Shown here one piece after another: positions 20,565 through 34,017 of a stretch of 64,000 bases of DNA (the first letter of the stretch is position 1; every line of letters begins with the position of its first letter). The DNA lies in the NCBI GenBank assembly GCA_004764695.1, contig SMSO01000032.1:4000483-4064482 (forward strand). Reading direction: 5' to 3'. The notes beneath the pieces are model-generated. The model did not search any database. It had not been told where the DNA came from and saw only the letters and a program-made list of their open reading frames with translations. The translations under genes were made by a program, and so were the position numbers. The stretch is from Schizochytrium sp. TIO01. Its lineage: Eukaryota; Protista; Bigyra: Labyrinthulomycetes.

Positions 20565-23392
20565 CCTCTGTGCTGTGTTGTGTGGTTGCTGTTGTTGTGT
20601 ATGCGGAGTGAGGCCGCCGCCGTGAATTCAAAGTCAGTCTCCTATTCAGGATCAATCTGTCCAAGCGCTCGTTGTCGCCTCTTGCGACTCCCGAGTTTGG
20701 ACTTTGCTACTGCTGCTGCTACTCTGCTGCCAAGGCCCTTTTCCCCCTATAAATTATCCTTATGCACTTTGCTGACGTAGTGTTTCCAATACTCGCTGTG
20801 CACCGCAGGATATGATATCGCTCGCTTGCGTCAGAGCCTTCGTCTCTCCTTTCTACCTCCTTTGTGCCCTTTTGTTCCTGTTTTCTTCCCTCTTCCTTCA
20901 ATCAATTAATCTCTCACTTCTCTTGTTCTTCTACTGCTTTATCATCGATTTATTATTATTATTATTATTACCTCCCAGGGTCCAATAATTCGAAAGCAAC
21001 AGAGAGCAGAAGAGAACATCTTCTATCTAGGCCAAAAAAAGCCAACCAAGCAGTGGAGAGAGAACAAGATACAGACACATAGATATGCTCTGCGCGAAAG
21101 CCTTCAAAGAAACGGGGAGAGCAGAGCAGCAGGGTAGTAGAAATGGCAAAAGGAGAGGAAAACAACGCCGCCTTCGAATTTGTCCAATTTGAAATTCCAA
21201 GGTCGATGGCGCTTGCTGGGGCTCCTCCTCCTCGAGCCTTGGCGGGCTGGCCACCGACCGCGTATGTGCCTGTGTCTGTACGTACCTTGAGCGAGAGGTG
21301 GCGGAGCTTGACTTGCTGCCGCTTTCGTCGCTTTTGTCGCTGCTGCTGCCGGACGCCTCGGTGCCTCGAGGAGTCTGGTGCTGCTGCGTGTAATGTCTCC
21401 GATCTGGAGTTGCGGATTTGCTTCTCGAGTTGGCGAGTATTTCTCTCTTTCCTTTTTCAAAACTTTTTCAAAACTTTTTTAAACTAAATTTCATTCTCTT
21501 TCCTTTCTCTTTTTCCTTTTTTCCTTCCTTTTTTCCTTTCTCGTTTACAAAAAGTTTTTGTAGCAAGCAAACCTCATCTCTCTCTTCTGCTTCTCCTCTG
21601 TAGACCACGCAAAGAAAATAATTTGAATCTGCCTGGGAGGAAGAGAAGGGCTCGAACCATCATCGCAGTACTTTTGGCAGCAAGTGAAGCAAACGATGCT
21701 CCATAGTGTTAGCTATTCGAATTTTCTCAGAAGCGAACGGCGATTCTTTTTTTGCCAGTTCTATCTCAGCTATCTTCTGCCACTTGGATAGTTTATACAA
21801 ATAATTTTTTCTAAAAATGTTTTTTAACAATATTTGTTTTTAACTTAATTTAAATTTAAGTTACCCCCTTACTTCCATAGATGGAGCCGAAGCGTTCGCT
21901 TTGGAGCGACTGACAAAAGGAAACAGCGAAGCGGGCTGACTTTGCCTTCTTACAGAGGGCTGACTGACTAACTGACAGACTGACAGACTGACTGTCGATA
22001 GGCCTCCAGGCTCCTTTCCTCTTTCTTTCTTTCTTTCTTTCATTCTTTCTTTCTTTTTTTCTTCTGCCACGAAGCCTCTCTACCCGCCTAATTTGCAGTA
22101 AGATGTTCGAGCAAATCTTCGTTCCTTATCCTTTGTTCTTGTTCGAATGGTTTTCTCCTCTTCCTTTAAGATCTTTCTTTCTTTTATAGCAAAATAGAAT
22201 GAAAACTAAACACTTACTTGAAACTAAACAAGGCTAGAACATATAACAGCACTCTCGGTAGTACGAACCCTCAAGCATTTAAGTAAGTCCTAAGTACTAG
22301 GTACCAAGACTTTGGATATTTAAAAACAAAACCATTCTTGTTTAATTAAAAACCTTTTTTTTTTTTTTTTTTTAAATAAAGTTAACATACAAACATGTAT
22401 TTAAAACACTCGTCCTCCCATTTTTCACCTTACTCGCATAGAATGCTGTGATGGCGTCAGGACGAGATACCTCTCCTTCTTCTCCTCCCTCTCCACTGCT
22501 CTCCTCAAGTCTCAGTGTCATTGTGACTGCACGTGCGCCAGGTATCTCCCCAACAACGTACTGTGGGGGTATTATCCCTTCTGTTTCCCTCTGGCCGCCC
22601 ACCTTCCTCTCTGTCCTCTGGTCCTCTGCGGGGCCCTCTTCCTTCGTTCTGTTCCGCTCGTCATCGATGATGATGCAATGTGGCCAATCCGCGCATCATC
22701 GCCGCGTCGCCGCCTTGGCGGGATCGGCGCCTGAGCTGCAAGGCTGCCGCTCCGCGGTTTCCGGAGTACGCTGCGGCGGCGCCTTCCCGGCCAGCCGAGG
22801 CGTCCTCAGCCGCGTCCTTGGCCGGCTTCCTGCTCCTCCGCGAGAAGAGCGAGCGATCGGACCGCTGCTTTGTCGCGGGTTCGCAGGATGCTACGCAATG
22901 GGCTCCGCCGAATAAAATACGTCCGTCTGTGGGGCCGACGGAGCGAATAAAATACGCGCATGTGTGCGCTCCTCCGTATTATAATCAGCTCGCAAGACAC
23001 AAATCAATATCATTTCATCATAGCACGTACATATATATGTATGTATGTAAGTATGTATGTATGTATTTTTGAAAGTTGGCAGGCGTTTTAGAACTGCTCG
23101 AGGGTAGTTTACGATGATTGATTGTTTTAATTAGTCTTGATCGAAGTTAGTTGAGAGGCGAAAAGATCTGCCCTCTGTGGGTAGAGGCAGGTAGTGGGCG
23201 CTTAGAGGGCGTAGCTCAAGGGCCCTTGGTTTGATGTGGTAAAAAGGCGACGAGCGTCATCTGTCGTCTATTGCGTCTTTTGCTTTGCTCTCCGGGGCAT
23301 GAGGACTACGCTAGTACGGCGCTAGCTAGGAGAACCCTTAGCTCACTCACCGCAGTGCTTGATGGAACCAAAAGAGGAGTGATGATGTCACA

Positions 23393-23436
23393 CATTCATT
23401 CATTCATTCACTCATTCATTCATTCATTCATTCATT
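23393..23436. repeat. (CATT)n microsatellite
   Basis: Direct reading. Confidence 0.9.
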
Positions 23437-24899
23437 GAATCATTTTATTCTATTTGCAAAGCCGTAGATAAAGAGGCCCTAAGTTCGAGAAAGGAGGAAA
23501 TCTTTCTGATCTTTCTTCGGCCAAAGATGTGGATCGCTGGGTCAAGAGTGGCGTTGGCTGAGCCGAGTCGGCCTCATACATCGATGGAGGCGCCTCATAC
23601 GCACTCGGCGCTGCAACCTCCGTCGGTATTGGCTGAGTGAGCGGGTGTTTCTGCCGAGCAATGCAGTTCAACCCGCCTGTCTGTTGCCTTCGTTTGTTTT
23701 TCTTCTCAAGGTTCCTAGTTTTCCCATTACAAGCCTACTTCTTCTTCTTCTTTAAAAATAAAATTAATTTAAAAAAAATAAACAAAAATACTACAAAACG
23801 ATTTTAATGTTTCGTTTTAATGTTTTTGTTTTTTGTTTTTAATCTATATCTTGACCCGGGATCCGCGCTGCCAGCTGTAACCATATGCAAAACTAGGTAC
23901 TACCTACAAGATCAGAGCAGAGCAGCGGCAGAAGTATCGCTTAGTCGTCTAATTCCACGCCTGTTAATTCTGTTTCTAGCTTACTGTTTGAATATTTTTA
24001 AAGATTTAAAACACTCGACATGGAAGAGGCAATCTATCTATCTATCTATCGATCTATCGAACGCAATTTATAAAGTCTCTACGGAAGAAAACTTTTAGTT
24101 GAGAAGTTTGAAGAATCAGAGCCGCCGTGGCTGAGATCGTCTCTTCGAGTCGGGCAGAGGCGCTGAATACGCGGGATACGCTCGACCTTTACTGACTCCG
24201 GCACCAATGCCCTTCGCTTTGAGACCTCCTGGGCCGTCCTCCGCGCCTTCATCTGCCCTTTCCTCAGAACTTGAGCCTTGGAAACGTAGCTCGTTTCCAA
24301 GTTCTCCAACTTTATAATAAGCTCAGTTCCTCACAATTTTAAAACATTTTAAACTAGCAATAATAATAATATAAACCATTTAATGAATGAATATCCAAGA
24401 TATTTATGATAACGAGCTCTTTCGAACTAAAAATGAACCTTAAGGGTGCATATTTGTAAGCTTACGCAAGAATAAATAGCGTCGTATCAAGCGGAAGCAT
24501 CGACGTCGTGTTTGCTGATTCTGGACAGGTCACTGACATCATCATGAAGCAGGATCACACAAGCATACATGCATACATGCATACATTCATACATTTATAC
24601 ATGCAAACACACACACACCTTCCTTCAGACAGAAAGACATCGTCATGGCTTGGATCCACAATGGAAAGCACGGCAACTCCGTAACGATGGCAGCGTTGTT
24701 GGACTCACTTGGAGCCAACAGACTCGGCCAGACGCAACCACGCCACCGAGTTGAACGTGGACCCGGAGATCGCAACTCCCCAAGAACCCTGAGCCTGGAC
24801 GCCGCGACGAACGAATTGAACGAACCTCGCTGCCATGCATGCATGCATGGAAAGATACCAGAGCTTTTGGACGCTATCGCGATAACTGAGTAGATGTCC

Positions 24900-24966
24900 A
24901 ACTTGATCTTGATCTTGAACTTGATCTTAAACCTAATCTTGATCTTGAACTTGATCTTGAACTTGA
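24900..24966. repeat. Hexamer repeat (ATCTTG/AACTTG)n
   Basis: About 11 imperfect units read directly. Confidence 0.85.
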
Positions 24967-25594
24967 GGCAGAACTTAACGCAAAACGACGAGCACGAGTA
25001 ACGCTCGTTCGAGTAAGCAACCGCGAGCCGTTCGTTGAGAGCGCAGCACGGATTGGCACGGGAGGCACCAGGCAAAAAGCTGCGTTTTCGAGGTCGCGGC
25101 GATGTTGATCTTGGCGCAGTGGGAACTTGAAAGGCCACGCTCCCATCGAAAAGTGCAACCACGGTTGCTTATTGGTCAATAGGCCGAGCCACCGGAATCT
25201 GCTTAATTGGCATCAACCAATTGATTTACCAACTAGCGCATAAGAATCAGGATCAGATACATACAGGACCCGCATCGGCATCGCTCGTCATCATGCGCTG
25301 AGAATTAAGTACCTCAAGTAGGTAGGCAGGCAGGTACTGCCCCAAGCTGTCCCCACCGCGCCTAATGAGAAAACTATCTTTCTTTTTTCTTTTTACTTTT
25401 TTCTTTTAATTAGAAAATATTGTTTAGCGCGTCATTGATGCCGTCAGTACCGACACCATTGAGAATGTCGTCAGCAAAGAGATTGAAAGAAGGCTTACGT
25501 AGGAGTCCGAAGGTGACATCATCGCACACTCGCGTCAGAGCGCCTAGCCGGGTGGCTAGGCAATACCTACCGTAGCAGCGCAACGCATCTTCTT

Positions 25595-25597
25595 TGC

Positions 25598-25651
<54 letters not shown>

Positions 25652-25670
25652 TCTTGCTGTTGTTGTTGTT
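25595..25670. repeat. (CTG)n followed by (TTG)n trinucleotide repeat
   Basis: Direct reading. Confidence 0.9.
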
Positions 25671-26958
25671 ACTGGCGATTGTTTGTTCACTGTTGACCGC
25701 GAGTCGCACAATGATCGCGAAACCAGCAGAGGCGACGGCGGCCATGAGAACGGATATATCGCTCGTGGACTGACCCCGTGTCCGCCTGCAACCTGCCGGA
25801 GGCGTGGGCGCGATCCTTTGGAGGATCTCTGAGCAGCTTATGGCACTGCGCTCCGCCGGTTAATTCGCTCGGCAACTTTCAAGAACTTTCAAGATCGTCG
25901 GGAACCAGAAATGGTGCTTTTAATGGAACACATGTGGCACGTGTAATTGGGTCACCATGAGTTCATGTATGATATATATATAGATTAGATATTGCTGCTT
26001 TTGCGAAGTAAAGGCGGGATCCATCAAGACAACTAACAGTACCTTTGGCTGCGTTCATGTCCATTTCGAGGGTCTCTTGCGTCCTCCAGGACGCGCTCGT
26101 CCTCGGGTTGACCGGTACCGGCTGCCAAGTTCCTGGTGCGGTGAGCGGATGAATTCTTCGTTGGTTGGATGTTTGTTTGTCTGTCTGGAGGTCACTCGAA
26201 TGGTGCCGGCTTCCTCGTTAGCTCCAGCTTCCCCAAATGAATAGAACTCTCTAATTCCGCTTGCTTGCTTACTAACTTGCTTGCTTGCTTACTTACTTAA
26301 GTCAGGTTCCGAACTTCTCTTTCGTGAAGAAGGTTCACAACAACGACTCCAATGCGGAGGAATGCGCAGAGTTTCAATCCTGAGCGCCCGCTTCGAAGTG
26401 GTATCTTCGCCGTTCTCAAGATCACTGACGTATCCTCGATAGAGTTTATTTCTTTCTAGCTAGGTCTATAAATTTGAAATTTAATTTTAAAAACTTTTTA
26501 ATTCAAATACTCTCCCTCTTCTTCTTCTTTTTGTTATTTTGATTACTGCTCCTACATGGAAAGAAACCATCTGTAGGAAGAAGGAAGAAGGTGTTTCCTC
26601 TCTCTTCTCTTCTCTTTTCTGTTCTGTTCCACAAGTTTGTACAGCATCATAATTCATGGGTTATGACGTCGTTTAAGGAAAGAAAGTCTCCGAGATCTGT
26701 TCTCGTCCTAAGTCGAACTTCTCGTTCAAACCCGCATCTGCGACTCCGGCCAAGTCCCCTGCCTGCCCAAGCTGTCGAGTTCTTCGAGTCAGCGAACTTC
26801 TTTCAGCCATCCAGCCAGCCAGCTCTGGAGGACTTGCAGTTGAAAACGCGGCTGTTGGTCAATGACAGCGTCATTCGATCAATCAATCATTCGAGCTGAT
26901 GGATGCTGATGATGGTGGAGGATCTCTGCTGCTCGCTCTCAAGAAAAGGAGAGTACAA

Positions 26959-26998
26959 ATGAATGAACGAATGAATGAATCAATGAATGAATGAATGA
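26959..26998. repeat. (ATGA)n microsatellite
   Basis: Direct reading. Confidence 0.85.
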
Positions 26999-27616
26999 TT
27001 CGCACACGCAACGTTCGTTGTGGCCTTTGGCAGCGGGCGGATTCACAATTGCCATCGCCAAGCGTATCCGCCGCGTCGTCACCTTGAGCTCGCTTGCTTT
27101 CAAGAAGGACGCCACGCCCGTCTCCTTCCCGTGCGACACGTCAGCAAGACAAGTCAGCGCACCCAGGTCTCGCCATGGCCTGGAGCTGCTTCGAGTTGGA
27201 CTCTAAGGCTCTTGGTTTGGCAGGACAGTCAGTCCATTCAGTCGATTCACCATCGATCGTTCAAGTCAACACATCACATCACATCACATCACATCACTTC
27301 AAATCACATCAAAGTCTAAGTCTAAGTCTAAGTCAAAGCCAAAGCAAAATCCATTGAGCGAAGGCTGAAGAAGCGTGCGCTGTTAAGTTTTGGCTTGCTA
27401 TCCAGAAAGGTACACAGCAGCGCTCAGCTGCGCAACCATCGTGATCCGCATCGCTGGAGGCTCGAAGAGTGCCTCCTTCATGAATGAATGAATACCTTAG
27501 ATACCTATCAATCCATCCACCCATCCATCCATCCATCCAACCAAATATACAAACAACCTGTCGAAGATGTGCATTGCATTCCGGACGACTCAGGAGACGC
27601 CGATCCTCGAGCGATG

Positions 27617-27675
<59 letters not shown>
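27617..27675. repeat. (TCAA)n microsatellite, about 14 perfect units
   Basis: Direct reading. Confidence 0.95.
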
Positions 27676-27677
<2 letters not shown>

Positions 27678-30600
27678 GCGAATCAACGACTCAAGGACTC
27701 AATGAATGACCCATTCGTGACAGCATCGCAACTCATACATACATAGACATTCATTCATTCATTCATTCATTCATTTATTCACTACGAGGTAAGTGAACAC
27801 TACGACGTAGTCTCCGCATTGGCACGCGGAGGCGGTCCCTTCTGGCGTCACTCAGCGACGTGACTCGCGTTCCCCCTGTTACCCGCCCCTCTTGGTCTCC
27901 CTCCCTCCGCTTTGAAAACAACAACTTTGCGAAGTTCTTTTTCTCATTTTCAAACCTCTTTTTTCTTTTTTCTTTTTCTTTCTTCTATTATTATTATGGC
28001 GATTGTTATTATTACTCTTCTTCTTCTTCTTCTTCTTTTAGTTATTTACTTTTTAATTTTCATCTTTCATCATTTTTTATTTTATTTTTAAAAGTAATGT
28101 GGAGGCCTGATCATGACACGATTTTTTTAAATTTTGAATTTTGAAAATAAAAAGCAAATGTATTTATTTTTTCAAACTGGAGGCCAAGTTGTCAAGTGCA
28201 GTGGAAATTGAAACGTGAGACGGAGTTGTTGTAGAAGGCAGCGTACTCAGCTCTGCTTTGGAGTTTGCTCCTCTTCTGCTGAGCTGTGCTCGCTCTGCCT
28301 GAGCAGCATAATAGCTACGAACAGCTGAAAAGGCAGCGAAAGAGAGCGAATGACTTAAATAAAGGGACTCCGCAGACCAAGACTGGAATAGGAGTACGTA
28401 CGTAGTGGAGTTGCGTTTGTACCAAAACAGAATGGAGAATGAATGAAAAAGTTCGAGAAGAACGAAGCTTTTAAGACGCTACGAATACCACTCTAATAGG
28501 GATAGGGGTATGTTGGGTAAGCAATTAATAGATACTACTAGGAAAGACTTCTTTCTCCTGGGCTGGAAGCAAAAGAGAAAGACTGCTGTGGCCAGGCAGC
28601 GTTTGAATTATTTTGAATTGTGCCCAGAGTGCCCCCCTTGCCGGAGTATCTTTCCCGCATCGAGTACTGTAACTACCGCCAGCGACGTATGAATCTTGGG
28701 GGCTGGCCAGGAGTCCTGGTGGGCACCCTTGACTTGACATGCACATAGGTAGGGAGGTACCAATGGAACCGATATCCCACATGTTGCAGGAACAGATTAA
28801 TTTTCTGTCTATAATTTCAATGTTTTTTTTAGTTCAATAAATGCTATCTATTTATATTCATTCATTTATAACACTCTTTTTATACACATGCTTCTTTTTA
28901 ATCAAATCACAGCAGTAGCAGTAGTACTCGTAGTGGTGGCATTTAGCGGTACTAATACACACTAATACATAGTAGCAGTCCGAAGACAAGTGCGGGTTCC
29001 CGCGGAGCCTAGGTTCAAAACAAGCACTGACAGCAGTATTACAAACCAGGATCATGAAAACAAGGTCGATCCGCTGCGACGGGTATCGAGCGGCGGCGGT
29101 CCGAGCGCCCTGGCCGACCCTTGAGAGACGCTCAGGTCCTCCTTCGAAGCCCTCGAGGGCGTAAGTTCTTAAAAAACCACCGGCTGCGAAGGCGAATGAA
29201 TCGCCAAGATCGCTCAAGAAGGATATTTGCTCCCCACGGATGCGGCAAACCCATCAAGTTTGTCTCACCGCGGCACATGCTGTGTCCACTCAGACCGGCC
29301 TGCTTATCCCCCTGTCCCCACTTCTTCCAAGAAGAGGAAAGCCCTGTCTTCCCCGCCCCCTGCTGAAGCCTGTATGAATCCTAAAAATGCACCGATGTTT
29401 TAGTCCTTTCTGAAATAGTAACATCGTAGGACCTCGGCCGTCGTTAGAGCGGAGGAGAAGACAGACAGACCTAAGACAGACAGACAGACAGACAGACGGC
29501 GACGAGGAAACCCAGCAAGCAAACTAGGCCCCCCGTGGGCCTGGGCGGAGCAGCCGTCTCCTGCGAGCGACTCACAGATCGAGGCGAGGAATCCTCGTGA
29601 ATTGAATTCTTCTGTGCAGCACACTTATCTTCTAGAGGGCTCCTAGCGAAGCGGTAGCTGACTGGTGGGCGGTAGCAGTCATATGCGGACCGCTATGGTG
29701 ATGATGTCATCATGGATGGAATTGTGTACTTCTTTCATTGATTGATTGAATGATTTTGATGGATTGTTTGTTGAAAGTTAGTTTTCAAAGATAAATCAAT
29801 CAATCAGTCAATCAATCGCCTTCGAAGCCGCGGCGCTGAGGCAGCGGGCCCGCAGAGAGAGGAGCGGCGGCGGAGGGAGCGGCAGGAGCGGCGGGAGCAG
29901 CAGAGGCAGAGGCAGCGGCAGCGGAGGCAGAGGCGTGCGCGGTGCGGCGAGCCTGGAGAAGGCGGCAGGAGCAGCAGTGGCGACGTCGTGCAATGCGCCA
30001 TTGACTTCGTGTCTTACGTAGTGCGCGCCGACGATGACGTACTGTATATGTTATATGCAGGTATGAATGAATAAGTGAATAAGTGAATTTTAAAATCAAT
30101 TAGTGAAGAGAGAGAGAGAGATGTGGTACCCTCTTTATGAGAAAGAGTGCTATTAGGTAGGCCTAGTTAGAGACTATTATTATGGTTTTTAAAATATTTA
30201 TTTAGTTCCCATTTCAAGATTTGATTTTCTCTTTCTTTTCTCTTAGATAAATAAAAAAATTAATTATCTAAGTAAGATTTTTTTATTTATTTTTTTAGAA
30301 TAATGATGAAAGGTCTGTGTTCTCTTTTTAGCCTTTTACTTTTTAGCTTTAGCCCGAGTCTCTTTCTATTTATAGCGCATTTTGTCAAACTTTGCTTTGG
30401 CCTTGTCTGAAGAGCGTACCGATTTAAATGGCATATGTGGATATGTGTAGTATATGTGTATGTCGGCCTATATTTAAATTTTTAGTAGGTAAATAGGTAC
30501 GTAAAATCGCTGGTAATTACTCGTGTCTTTCAATCCTAAGGTAGCTGATATGAAGTATCATTTAGCTAGGTATGACCTAGAAGTAAAGCATGGCAAATGC

Positions 30601-31128
30601 AGACATGATAATGTTTCTCATCTTTCAAGTCAGGTCTTTGTATAAAAACCCCCAAATCTATTTGGAATCCAGTACGGAGATTTATTAACGAACCTTTAGA
30701 GTTGGAGAGGATGCTATTAGGTAGTCAAACTTCGCTTCATGGTGGTGATCGTGTAGTTTCAGTGGTGCTTTGCATTTAGTGATTTGCGGCTAAGTTCGTG
30801 TGACTGATCCACTGCTTTGCCAACATGTGTCTACGATAGATGATAGATAGTGTGGGATGGTAAATTGGGACTCGATAGACAACATTTGAGCAGCAAAGTG
30901 CATATTTATATGACGAGACTATTCGAACTGGTAGTAGAGATGAAAATCAGCCCAACCGCTTTGAGTTGCATCTGAAGATTTATGGGGGAAGCAAGCAGAT
31001 CGATAAACTCCAATGGGCTAACAAGTCTAAAACTTCTTTCAAATTGCATAGTTAGTATTATTTCTTGTTTAAAGAAAGTTCCAAAGAAAGGAAGACTCAT
31101 GATAAGTTGTACCAATTCACTCTTGTCC

Positions 31129-31162
31129 ATATATATATATATATATATTCATATATATATAT
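31129..31162. repeat. (TA)n microsatellite
   Basis: Direct reading. Confidence 0.9.
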
Positions 31163-31864
31163 AAAGCCTGCAAATGTGATCAAAGCGAAATCAAAGTATT
31201 ACCATGCAAAGCATTTTTCTTTTAATCAACAAGTCCTCTAGAACAGATAATTTAGACCTTCTCCGCAGGCCATCATCCTCAGCTCAAAGTTGTACTTGTT
31301 TTCAGACGATTGCTTTCGCCAACTACAATATTTCCTATACAAATCATGTACAGAGAAACGTTCAAAGAAAGTGGGCTCCTTGGCTCAACTCACATTGATG
31401 CTTTCTAAAAACGGTGCAGCTTGCTTTCAAAGGTAACAGCCGTGTAATGTATTAACCAAGTATCCTGAGCGAAGGGGAACGAACATGCAAGAGGGTATGT
31501 AAGACCTTCAAAATCAACTACCTGGTTTTCAATTAATTTGCATATTTAAACAAGCACTTTACTCACTCTGCTAGGCTTTTGCTAGGACAATAATATAGAT
31601 TTAAAAGTCGCATCTTATTGATCGAATAACCTCGGAATGGAGTTCCAGCTTACCTTCAAAATAACTCAGAGTAATATGAACCATTGTTATAGACCATATA
31701 AATTTTCCTAGCAATCAAGACGATATTAGTTTACAGACTGCTCTTCAATGAGCTAGTAGAAATTTCGTAAACTACATCTGTCATATTTGAGTTCCAATCT
31801 CTCAAAAAGGTATTTGGAAATGCACTTTAGCTTGTAAAGTTGCACCATAGAAAACCTAATTAGT

Positions 31865-34017
31865 TCACAAAAGGCAATTGCAATCTGGGAACATGGAAAT
31901 ACTTTCATAGTCATAATGACGTAAATATTCTGGTATAGATGTACCATTCTGACGTACAGAGCGGAAGTGGTTGTCTGAAGTCTGAACTCCGCTGTAAGCT
32001 TGCGCGGCAATTAAAAAATGCACAACTTTCTTCGAACCAAGTATCGGTGTCAAAAGAATAACCCAGGCATATCTATTAGGGTTCAAAATTAAAGGCCCCC
32101 AGCGCACTTGATTATGCTCTATCATTGACGCAAGATGAAAATAAGTCCCAAAAACAGTTTGAATACCTTCAGTGAAAAGCATGTTAAATTTGCTTTCACC
32201 CATTGAACTCAAGAGCATGACATTCTCACACGAGGAAGACTGATAATCCTTGTCATGAAAGGATAACCATGATCCAGTAAAACTAGACAAAGGTTGCACT
32301 TTGCCTGATGCGTTTCGTCTCCATTTTTTCTTTACATACAGCTGCAAAAATATTTCAACAAAAAAAACGAACCCAAGAGCTACAAGAACATTTCTGACAT
32401 ATAATGTCATTAGTAACTCCAAGCCCCCCACCTTCACTGGCTGGTAATAAGTATAGCATGCCCAAGTTGAATTAAAGTTGACTTTGTTTGATGCACCCAC
32501 TAGGCCAATTTGGCACGTCGCAGTATCAAAAAACGGAGTTGCAGTACCCAAAACCATTAAGTCTAGCTCGCTTGCATTGGAAAGAAATTTTGGGCTTGCT
32601 GCTATCGTTGACAGAAGGTATATCATCATTCCACTCACCTGAAATCTTCTCACAAGGAAAGAACTCAAGGAGTGCATAATCAGAACTACTGCAGATGCAA
32701 TAGCAGCGCTTAGACAGCATAGTTGAAACGCTGTCTGGTGGTGAATGTCTAGTGTACCTGACACCGTAAGAATAGGAATGCACATTCCATAAAAAAAGCC
32801 TGTCTTTGCAACTGCCCAAGGGCTTGTCAGTAATCCACCAGCGACGTCATATCCTATGAAGACACGATAATTTCGAATTAGAACCCCTCTTGCGAGAGAT
32901 ATCAATACTAAGATGCGGATGAAGATCCCATGAAGAATCAAAACGCAGATTACAAAACAAAGCATTTTCGATGTATACCAATCCACAGGATCCTTAACAA
33001 CACTTCGATAGCTGTTCATTTGGACATATATCGTGCTTCCCTCTTTCCTGTACACGGTGGGTATAGACTCCATGTCTTCCATAGAGCCGAAGCCGTGCTC
33101 ACTACGAAATAGTAACGTCTCTTCTAGCTTGAATTTTTCTTCAAATCTTACAGTTGTTCCAACTCCTCCAGGAATCATGCAATATGACGTGCAAGCGATT
33201 GCTTCATCTGTGCCATCTACATCAGAGGCTAACGATGGCGATTGGCGTTCGCAGTAAACAGAATCGTATCCATACGTTGTGCTGTTTGAGGAAGAGTGAC
33301 TACATAATAAAAAACCTACTAGTAAAGCAACTTCATCATTCTCAAAACCTATAAACTTCCGTAAAATACCATCGTGTTCAAAGGCACGTACAGGAATAAA
33401 TGGCAGTTGAACAATGGAGGTCACGATCTCACTTTTAAAGGAAGTTTTAGCAAGGTTGTTTCGCCTGTTCCTAATAACGGCACAGAAATCTCAGAGACAT
33501 CTTCAACTGCTCTTACCGTGTAGCTATAAACCTCAAGCATCATCAAGGTTGCCAAAATAGTGACAATCGCTACAGAAAATAGAACAAACAAATTGAAAAA
33601 TGCTGCGAGCAAACTTGGAGCTTTGTACCCGAGTGCAATTTCTGGCAGCTTCTTAAAGCTTTTGGAGCTTCGGGACATAGAGTCCCAAACTACATCCACT
33701 GTAGATGAAAATGTCACTGACGCATTTTCTCGGTTAGGGATCTTCCTGCTACTATCGACTGCCACTTGCAGATTTCCTGTGGTTGCAGACTTTCCAATAT
33801 TAATCCCTCCAGTTGAACTTGCTTCGGATTCTCCAGTTGAGTCAAGCTTGGTTACGGACGCTCTCGCCCTCTTTTGTCTCGACGACCTTACTTCTTTCTC
33901 ACTCGAACTTTTGCTTAAGCTCGGTGTGGCTAAAATTCGATTGACAAAACCAGCATTATCTGTATTGCTGGATCGTTGGTCGCTTTCAAGCTTGCTTATC
34001 ACTGGTCGACTTTGCAT
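31865..34017 (-). CDS. Multi-pass membrane protein of unknown function, encoded in two overlapping frames (ATG 34017; frame switch near 33435)
   Basis: The 198-aa ORF (disordered N-terminus plus one TM) overlaps the 519-aa ORF (Cys-containing loop, about 6 TM), which has no ATG at its 5' end. The downstream frame is open from 33490. Confidence 0.6.

Noticed and set aside
24587-25745. ORFs with KFKIK and poly-Ser tracts
   Set aside because: They are kept open by microsatellites, mostly start at non-ATG codons and show no coding signal.
20483-30040. TGACG/TGACGT (CRE-like) sites upstream of ACC
   Set aside because: My rough count (about 6 hexamers in 10 kb) is close to random expectation.
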